From positions 1 through 51,838 of the forward strand of contig JACPRI010000068.1 in the NCBI GenBank assembly GCA_016190065.1: a stretch of DNA of 51,838 nucleotides. Reading direction: 5' to 3'. Below are positions 43,473 to 49,922 of this stretch, piece after piece. A model generated the notes under the pieces. The model was not told where the DNA came from, made no database searches, and saw only the letters and a program-made list of their open reading frames with translations. Positions within the stretch are counted from its first letter, which is position 1. Every line of letters starts with the position of its first letter. A program made the position numbers and the translations under genes. Origin of the DNA: Verrucomicrobiota bacterium (lineage in GTDB: Bacteria > Verrucomicrobiota > Verrucomicrobiia > Limisphaerales > SIBE01).

Positions 43473-43973
43473 ATGTGCGCACTTGTTCAGCGTAGTCCTG
43501 CCCGCGCATTTTTGAGGCCTCAGCCGACAAGAGTGTCCGCGTTACTTCTCTTCGCCAGTGTTCTCCTGTTTGGCGCCGTTGGCGCTTTGGGTGAGGAGAT
43601 TCCTTTCCGAACGCTCGCCCAGGGCAACCAGAGCGGCATCGACGTGGCGACCAATCTCGTGATCAAGACCCGCTCCGCGTGGGAAAAACATTGGAAGGCG
43701 CTCCAAGGAAAAGCCGAACCGCGGGTGCTCGCGCCCGCAGTGGATTTTGGCAAAGAAATGGTCGTGGCCGTCACGATGGGGCGGAAACCCACGGGCGGCT
43801 ACGCGATCAAGATTCAACGCATCGAATCCACGCCGGCGAGTTTGAAAATTCTTCTCGAACAGCGGACGCCCGGTCCCGGGGCGCTTGTGACGCAGGCTTT
43901 CACTTCGCCGTTTCATTTTGTGGCCGTGGCGAAAAGCGCGCTGAAGCCGGAGTTCAGGACAAATGCTCCTTAA
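43473..43973 (+). CDS. PrcB C-terminal domain (protease complex subunit PrcB-like) secreted protein
   Basis: Signal peptide (VSALLLFASVLLFGAVGALG), then FRTLAQGNQSGI...IKTRSAWEKHW...VDFGKEMVVAVTMGRKPTGGYAIKIQRIE...TQAFTSPFHFVAV. The start is set at the internal Met at 43473. Confidence 0.7.
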   Translation: MCALVQRSPARAFLRPQPTRVSALLLFASVLLFGAVGALGEEIPFRTLAQGNQSGIDVATNLVIKTRSAWEKHWKALQGKAEPRVLAPAVDFGKEMVVAVTMGRKPTGGYAIKIQRIESTPASLKILLEQRTPGPGALVTQAFTSPFHFVAVAKSALKPEFRTNAP

Positions 43974-44261
43974 TCCGGGCAATTGGATGGCCGAAAAAAG
44001 CGAAAGATGCCGAAAGAAAGAGAGTTCCAGGGCTGGCGCCATTCACCCGAACGGATGAATGGACGCATTGGTACAAATGACCTGGAGTTCTTTGGCTGCT
44101 TTCGTTTCTTTCGGCTGAACTGCTGGTTTAGGATGAATTAGCAGGGAAACCCGCTTCAAAAGAGGCTGTCCTTCTGAAGCCCTTGCTCTTTTGCAGGCGC
44201 ATTCTCCTCGAGATCAGAGACAACTCCTGATAGTGCTTGGTGGGACGGGAAGGATCCCTGT

Positions 44262-44576
44262 TCACCAGGACGTCGATCGTCTCCGGATGGGGCAAATTGC
44301 CCTGCAAAACTTGGAGTGCATTGACCGCCAACTCGGCACATGGGGCATTGGTGGACGATCCAGGTGGATCGATTCGGAGTATCTGTGAAGCCTCATCAGT
44401 TCCGGATAAATGTCACGACAAAGCTTGGGGATTTGCCCCTGCTGCTCCTCGCGGCTCAACCGATAAACTTGTTCGACTTCGATGAAAAGCTTTCGGACCT
44501 GCTCTTCATAACCGCGGCCCTCCACGCTTTGGCATCCGATCAAGAGCGTCCAAAGAAAACAAATCGGGCCGCTCAT
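44262..44576 (-). CDS. Possible small lipoprotein, probably frameshifted near 44335
   Basis: MSGPICFLWTLLIGCQS carries a lipobox, followed by the plausible helical sequence EEQVRKLFIEVEQVYRLSREEQQGQIPKLCRDIYPELMRL. The 3' part reads more protein-like in the frame of ORF 44128..44331. Confidence 0.3.
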   Translation of the reverse strand: MSGPICFLWTLLIGCQSVEGRGYEEQVRKLFIEVEQVYRLSREEQQGQIPKLCRDIYPELMRLHRYSESIHLDRPPMPHVPSWRSMHSKFCRAICPIRRRSTSW

Positions 44577-44610
44577 AATTTCAGACTTAACGGCTGAACA
44601 CCCAACTCCA

Positions 44611-44934
44611 TCAAAAGTCGCGCTCACATCGTGAGGAAGCAGCAAGCTGGCCCATCAGTGCCTTGTACATCAGGGAATCCCCCATCGCGAAGCAGTTGTT
44701 CACCCCATGAAAAATGAGGTTAGAGCCCCATACGTACGTGGCGATTCGCCCCACATCATTCAGGCCATGGTGAGTCGGTCGGTATTCGTGGAACTGGAAG
44801 GACTGCACGAGCTCTGGGCGAGGAGCGGGCGGGGCATAACCGGGCGATATCGGAAGCAAGACTGCCGTTGGGTTTCCGACAGGGTTATCGCGTCGGCGGG
44901 TCAAAGGGTTTGGGAGTCCAAACTCACTGGCCAT
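44611..44934 (-). pseudogene. Possible C-terminal relic of a DUF1559 (H-X9-DG) pseudopilin-like gene
   Basis: YVWGSNLIFHGVNNCFAMGDSLMY loosely fits the WGS.HPGG.N..F.DGSV.F C-terminal motif. There is no prepilin N-terminus. Confidence 0.25.
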
Positions 44935-45165
44935 CGAGCAAAGCTCATGGCGGTGGGGCTCCTCGCCCGAGCGACGGGCGCGGCCAAGGACAAGGAGGTC
45001 CTGGCGCCGCTCGGCACTTGGGATTTTGGTTCGGTCGGGAAGCAAACTTCCCCTTCCAATCGGTCCATTCCATGTTTGGTGACTGCCTTCCGCAACGCGA
45101 ATAACGGAACTTCATTCCGACAAGCCGGCAAAAACGGGAACCACAAACAAACAAGAAAGGATCAA

Positions 45166-45489
45166 ATGAAAACTGTGTTGCAAGGTCTAAAAGAAATGGA
45201 AGCGTCCCTGGTCGGAAATCAACCTGAACTCCAGGCGCTCGAACAGATCGAATACCTGCGAGCTCGGTTGATTGACCGGCCCGGCGGCATCGAAATGCTG
45301 GCCAAATTGCAGGACGAATGCGCGCCGCACGCCGAAAAGACCAGGGCGGAATTGGAAGTGATTCGCGATGCGATTCAGATTCTGGAGGACCAGGAGATGG
45401 TGCCTGAAGCAGAGCTGGCTCCGGATTTCGAAGAGGAACCCGTGTTGCATCAGGATAGCGTGGACGCAGTCGTCGAACAACCTGCCTGA
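45166..45489 (+). CDS. Small acidic hypothetical protein
   Basis: 107 aa. An AAGAAAGGA Shine-Dalgarno-like sequence sits 5 nt before the ATG at 45166, and a strong terminator follows. The start is internal to ORF 44707..45489. Confidence 0.55.
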   Translation: MKTVLQGLKEMEASLVGNQPELQALEQIEYLRARLIDRPGGIEMLAKLQDECAPHAEKTRAELEVIRDAIQILEDQEMVPEAELAPDFEEEPVLHQDSVDAVVEQPA

Positions 45490-45546
45490 GCGCCGTTCTT
45501 TCCGCCGGTTTGCGCAGGGCAAGTTCCTTCACCCGGCGTAGCACCG

Positions 45547-45579
45547 CCCTCTCTCCAGCATCTGGGGAGAGGGTTTTTT
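45547..45579. terminator. Rho-independent terminator between convergent genes
   Basis: ccctctctcc-agcatct-ggggagaggg followed by tttttt. It lies between the 45489 stop (+) and the frr stop at 45584 (-). Confidence 0.75.
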
Positions 45580-45583
45580 CGGA

Positions 45584-46144
45584 TCACACCGTCATGATCT
45601 CCTTTTCCTTGTGAACTAAGTGCGCGTCGATTTTCGCGATGTACTGGTCGGTCAACTTCTGAACTTCCTTCTCCGCGTGCGTCAAATCGTCCTCCGTGAT
45701 CGTGCCGTCCTTGGCCTCTTTCTTGAGGTGCTCAATCGCGACGCGCCGCACGTGGCGGATGGCCACGCGCCCGTCCTCGGCCATTTTTCTCACGATCTTG
45801 GTGAACTCGATGCGGCGCTCCTGGCTTAGTTCCGGCAGCACGATGCGGATCAGCTTTTTGTCAACGGCCGGATTGACCCCCAGATTGCTCTTCTGAATCG
45901 CCTTCTCGATCGGGTGCACCGTGGTGGCATCCCAGGGTTGAATCAGAATCAGGCGAGGTTCCGGCGTCGTGATCCCGGCCAACTCGCGGATTCGCATGTG
46001 AGCGCCGTACACTTCCACCTGGATATTCTCGACCAACGCAGGAGACGCTTTGCCCGTCCGCACTCCGGAAAACTCGTGCTGGACGACCTCCTCCGTCTTC
46101 ATCATTTTCTCTTCCGCTTCCAAAAGAATGTCGTCGGCTGCCAT
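45584..46144 (-). CDS. frr: Ribosome recycling factor
   Basis: 186 aa (EEKMMKTEEVVQHEFSGVRTGKASPALVENIQVEVYG...ELAGITTPEPRLILIQPWD...IEKAIQKSNLGVNP...IRIVLPELSQERR). This is the full-length Frr pattern. The start is set at the internal Met at 46144. Confidence 0.95.
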   Translation of the reverse strand: MAADDILLEAEEKMMKTEEVVQHEFSGVRTGKASPALVENIQVEVYGAHMRIRELAGITTPEPRLILIQPWDATTVHPIEKAIQKSNLGVNPAVDKKLIRIVLPELSQERRIEFTKIVRKMAEDGRVAIRHVRRVAIEHLKKEAKDGTITEDDLTHAEKEVQKLTDQYIAKIDAHLVHKEKEIMTV

Positions 46145-46207
46145 AGTGCCTGCATCATAGCAAACTTGTTGCGCCGTGTATAGTAGGAGTGCACCGTCCA
46201 ACCGCCT

Positions 46208-46609
46208 TCATTCCGGGCAGAGAAACGGAATCGCGCTTCTGCCAAATCGCCGGTAGATGCTGAAATCGCGGCGATCTACCGTGGCGACGGTGTGGCGAGA
46301 AAACAGTTCGGACATTCGGACTACGCAAAGGTCGCAGAAATCAGGCGCGCGATCTTTGTACCGGCGCACCAAGTCCAAGAGCGCACCGGCTTCATCGCGA
46401 CAATCCAGAGCCGGCCGCAGAATATCGTCGGAAACCATGAGCATCATCCGCTCGGAATCCTGGAGATGCCAGGCGGCTTCCGTGAGGACCGGCTCACACG
46501 TCAGGATTGGGAAATCGCTTTCTGATACCAAATTAACGGCCCACGCGTGGTGCGCATCCCGTCGATTCAGAAACGCCACCACTAGGCCGGTATCCGCGAT
46601 GAGCTTCAT
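46208..46609 (-). CDS. vapC: PIN-domain toxin (VapC family)
   Basis: 133 aa (MKLIADTGLVVAFLNRRDAHHAWA...ILTCEPVLTEAAW...DFCDLCVVRMSE...VATVDRRDF). The ATG overlaps the antitoxin stop. It is the 3' part of the artefactual 448-aa ORF 46208..47554. Confidence 0.8.
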   Translation of the reverse strand: MKLIADTGLVVAFLNRRDAHHAWAVNLVSESDFPILTCEPVLTEAAWHLQDSERMMLMVSDDILRPALDCRDEAGALLDLVRRYKDRAPDFCDLCVVRMSELFSRHTVATVDRRDFSIYRRFGRSAIPFLCPE

Positions 46610-46821
46610 CGCTTTCGAAAACCTTCTCGTTCGGAAAGGTCGCTCGCGCCGGACAGCGAACCAGCCAACGCCAAGGCGCGTTGCTTGCGTGCGTCCGCTT
46701 TGGCAGAGCGGGATTGCCGAAAGGCCTCGCGCAAAATCATGCTTTTGGAACGTCCGGTCTTCTTCGCTAATGCCGCCAATTCTCGAGCTTCTTCTGGGCT
46801 TAAACGGATGCTGATTGTCAT
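46606..46821 (-). CDS. vapB: Ribbon-helix-helix (CopG-like) antitoxin (VapB)
   Basis: 71 aa (MTISIRLSPEEARELAALAKKTGRSKSMILREAFRQ). This is the classic RHH N-terminus, with a 4-nt overlap onto the PIN gene. Confidence 0.75.
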   Translation of the reverse strand: MTISIRLSPEEARELAALAKKTGRSKSMILREAFRQSRSAKADARKQRALALAGSLSGASDLSEREGFRKR

Positions 46822-46994
46822 ACGAATGGAGCAACTGTGTCCTACAAGAGTTAAAGACACAAGCGAGTTCCCGAAACAGAGAGCCAAGCAATGGCTGGCC
46901 GCAAGGAGCGCGCAGAGACAAAAGAAGGCGTCCGACTCTTGCCGTGGTTCCTTTCGCGCCCTTTCCTTCTTTTCGGCTTGATTGATCATTCCTT

Positions 46995-48824
46995 TCACAA
47001 TCCAAAAACAAACAGCGCATTGCCCGCCGCGATCGCGACGCGCTGCTGGCCATCGACCTGAAACGTCGTCGGGTTCGCGTGGACGCTGCCGCCGGTTTGA
47101 AATGCCCACAACGGTTTGCCGGTGCGGGCGTCGAGCGCGAAAAAGTTGCCTTCATTCGATCCGCCGAAAACCACCCCACCAGCCGTGGACAGGAGCCCTG
47201 CCCACGGAGGCGAGTGCAATGGAAATTCCCAGACGCGCTGGCCTGTCGTGAGGTCCAAGGCGCGCACGGCGCCGGAGGCTTTGTCGCCGCCCAACTCCTG
47301 TTCGCCGCCGCCCATGAAATACGTGCCGGGCTTATACTCGACGTCGGACTTGAAATAGTAAGATCCCATTTCCCTCGCGGCTGCGTAGAACAGGCCCGTC
47401 TTGGGGCTGTAGCTCGGGCTGTACCAGTTCGCCGCCCCCTGGAGGCTGGGCCAAACGAGCGTGCCTTGCTCGGTCGGTTCGGTATTCGGCAGCACGATTG
47501 GGCGTCCCCGCGCATCCAATCCTTGCGCCCAGGTTTGCTTCGCGAACGGGACACCCAAAAGGAATTCGCCGGTCACGCGGTCCAGCAAATAGTAAAAGGC
47601 ATTGCGATTCGCCATGGCGATCAGCTTGCGAGGGCGTCCGCCGATTTCCGCATCGACCAAGACAGGAATTTGATTGGCGTCCCAGTCGTGTGTGTCGTGC
47701 GGCGTGAATTGGAAATGCCATTTCAGTTTTCCCGTCGCTGCGTCGAGCGCCACGAGGGAGCAGGTGTAAAGATTGTCGCCGGGCCGCACGTCGCCGTTCC
47801 AGTCCGGCGCGGGATTCCCGACGCCCCAGTAAAGAAGATTGAGCGCAGGATCATAAGAGCCGGGCACCCACGTCGCGCCCCCGCCCGTCTTCCAACTGTT
47901 GCGGCCCCAGGTTTCGTTCCCCGGCTCGCCCTTGCCCGGAACGGTCCAGAATCGCCAGAGACGTTTCCCGGTTGAATGTTCATAGGCATCAAGAAAACCG
48001 CGAATGCCGGCTTCGCCGCCGCTGATGCCAATAATGATTTTGCCGTCCAGCGCCAAAGGCGCGCAGGTGATTGAATGCCCGGTCTTGTTCTCGGCCACCT
48101 TAACATCCCAGCGAACGACTCCGGTCTTGGCGTCGAGCGCAACCAGGTGGGCGTCCAACGTGCCCACGAAAATCATCTCGTCCAGAATGGCGACGCCGCG
48201 GTTGGTGGCCGGAAAACCCAGCGCTTTGACGTCCTTCGGCATGGATGGCGACCACGTCCAAAGACGGCGTCCGCTGCGCACATCCAGGGCGGTGACGGTG
48301 CTGGGCGGTTCCACGAGATACATCACGCCGTCGGCCACAATGGGCGAGCTCTCGAAGACGCCCGGCCTTTTGAGTTGATAAACCCAGACCGGCCGCAGCG
48401 AAGCCACATTGGCGGTATTGATCTGCTCCAGCGTGGAAAAGCGATGTGACCGATAGCTGCCGGAGTAAGTTAGCCAACTGGTCGGTTCACGCTCGGCGTT
48501 GAGAATCCGCCCGTAAGGCACTTGAGCACTGATGTCCGGAAGCAGGCACAAGATCGCAAGGCCAGAAGCCAAGGCCGAACAATGATCCCGGAGTAGTCGC
48601 CGTATCGGATTTTTCCTTCTCCCTTTCTCCCTCACCGCGGCCCTCTCCCGCTGGGAGAGGGAGAATCCATTCCAGCGTTGGGAAGGTTCGAGAGGCCTCG
48701 GTCTGGCTATTGGCGCCAAAACCAACCTCCCCCTCCCCGCGGGAGAGGGCCGGGGTGAGGGAGAACAGCGCGCAGGACGCCGCTGCCGCACCGACTCTTG
48801 AAGAAAGCTCAAACCTAGTTTCAT
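46995..48824 (-). CDS. PQQ-dependent dehydrogenase (methanol/ethanol-family 8-bladed propeller); true start uncertain
   Basis: WLTYSGSYRSHRFSTLEQIN, LVALDAKTGVVRWD, SGGEAGIRGFLDAYEHSTGKRLWRF and W-motif repeats. The first ~70 codons from the ATG at 48824 translate a palindromic repeat (48627-48763). The mature protein probably starts near the signal-like ALASGLAILCLLPDISAQ at about 48570. Confidence 0.85.
   Translation of the reverse strand: MKLGLSFLQESVRQRRPARCSPSPRPSPAGRGRLVLAPIARPRPLEPSQRWNGFSLSQRERAAVREKGRRKNPIRRLLRDHCSALASGLAILCLLPDISAQVPYGRILNAEREPTSWLTYSGSYRSHRFSTLEQINTANVASLRPVWVYQLKRPGVFESSPIVADGVMYLVEPPSTVTALDVRSGRRLWTWSPSMPKDVKALGFPATNRGVAILDEMIFVGTLDAHLVALDAKTGVVRWDVKVAENKTGHSITCAPLALDGKIIIGISGGEAGIRGFLDAYEHSTGKRLWRFWTVPGKGEPGNETWGRNSWKTGGGATWVPGSYDPALNLLYWGVGNPAPDWNGDVRPGDNLYTCSLVALDAATGKLKWHFQFTPHDTHDWDANQIPVLVDAEIGGRPRKLIAMANRNAFYYLLDRVTGEFLLGVPFAKQTWAQGLDARGRPIVLPNTEPTEQGTLVWPSLQGAANWYSPSYSPKTGLFYAAAREMGSYYFKSDVEYKPGTYFMGGGEQELGGDKASGAVRALDLTTGQRVWEFPLHSPPWAGLLSTAGGVVFGGSNEGNFFALDARTGKPLWAFQTGGSVHANPTTFQVDGQQRVAIAAGNALFVFGL
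48627..48763. repeat. ~135-bp composite GC-rich palindromic (REP-like) element
   Basis: ctccctcaccgcggccctctccc (48627-48650) is the reverse complement, with 1 mismatch, of gggagagggccggggtgagggag (48741-48763). Each arm also forms its own hairpin (ccctctcccgctgggagaggg; cccctccccgcgggagaggg). Confidence 0.7.
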
Positions 48825-49648
48825 TCATCACCTCTCAAGCTTGCCAGATAAGCGATCAGATCATCCAACTCCGCAGGGGTCAGAACCGACTCGTAACTCG
48901 GCATCGGGCTTTTGCCGAATTCCTTTTGCAATTGGCTGAGTTCGCTCTTGCGCAACGAATGGATTCGATGATCCGCGTCGCGCAGTTGAATTGTAAAATC
49001 GTCTTCGTTCAATCGGATGCCTTGGATTTCGCGGCCTTCCCGCATCAAGACGCGAACTGGAAGGAACTGTGCGTAGCCCGGCGGCGCATGCGCATCGCCG
49101 CCAACTTCCGGCAGCGCCGCGCCCGGATCAACAAGCGCTTGCCGCAAATACTCGGGTCCGCGACGGCGTCCGACGCTTGTCAAATCCGGCCCGGTGACTC
49201 CGCCTTGCCCCTGAATCCGATGGCAGGTCGCGCACGTGCCTTTGCCTTCGTAGATCGCTCGGCCTTGCACGGCGTCGCCCGGCATGGGCCGTGGAACGAC
49301 CTTTCCCAGAGTGCGAACATAGCTCGCCAGCAAGCGGGCGTCTCCATCCGAGATTTGCCAGGCGCCGGGCATGGCGGTGTCGGGGATTCCATTTCTGATG
49401 ACCCGGATTAAGGCGGCTTGGTCCGGCGCATTTCGCAATTTGGGTTGCGCCAGGCTCGGACCGAATCCACCGGTGGCCTGAATTCCGTGACAACGCGCGC
49501 AATGACCTTGAAAGAGGCGTTTCCCCCGAGCCGATTCCTCCGTGATCCGATCCGGCCGAGAATCGTTCGATCGCAGAGGCACGGCACAACCCGTCAAAAT
49601 GACGGCCGCTATAATCGCGACGGGCGAGGACGCGCCTTTCGTTTTCAT
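48821..49648 (-). CDS. Di-heme c-type cytochrome lipoprotein with a PVC-type C-terminal domain
   Basis: Lipobox LTGC, heme motifs CARCHG and CATCHR, C-terminal block SPMPSYESVLTPAELDDLIAYLASL. The start is set at the internal Met at 49648. It lies directly upstream of the PQQ dehydrogenase. Confidence 0.85.
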   Translation of the reverse strand: MKTKGASSPVAIIAAVILTGCAVPLRSNDSRPDRITEESARGKRLFQGHCARCHGIQATGGFGPSLAQPKLRNAPDQAALIRVIRNGIPDTAMPGAWQISDGDARLLASYVRTLGKVVPRPMPGDAVQGRAIYEGKGTCATCHRIQGQGGVTGPDLTSVGRRRGPEYLRQALVDPGAALPEVGGDAHAPPGYAQFLPVRVLMREGREIQGIRLNEDDFTIQLRDADHRIHSLRKSELSQLQKEFGKSPMPSYESVLTPAELDDLIAYLASLRGDE

Positions 49649-49836
49649 GCTCGATGTTGGAACGGGACGCTCGCGGAGGATGGCGCACAAGCAGCGCCCG
49701 TGTCAACGGAAGACCCACGGCGACGCATCAACAATCTCCGCGAACAGCCAATGGTTTCTTCCTCTTCCCGCGAGGAACGAGTGGGGAGAAAATTAAGGAG
49801 AGGGGAAATTCGATAAAGACAAACTCCTCTCCCCAG

Positions 49837-49870
49837 CCCTCTCCTCCTCCTCCTGCGTCGGAAGAGAGGG
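49837..49870. repeat. CT/GA-rich hairpin repeat (same family as 19539-19571)
   Basis: ccctctcctcctcctcctgcgtcggaagagaggg, intergenic between mfd and the cytochrome gene. Confidence 0.5.
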
Positions 49871-49922
49871 AGAAGACGGTTTCCTGCTCACAGAAGCGTG
49901 CGGACCATTGGTTTCATGATGG

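Noticed and set aside
46208-47554. 448-aa minus-strand ORF.
   Set aside because: It is a composite. Only the last 133 codons (the PIN toxin) are real. The upstream part runs out of frame through the RHH antitoxin gene and the 3' end of the PQQ dehydrogenase.
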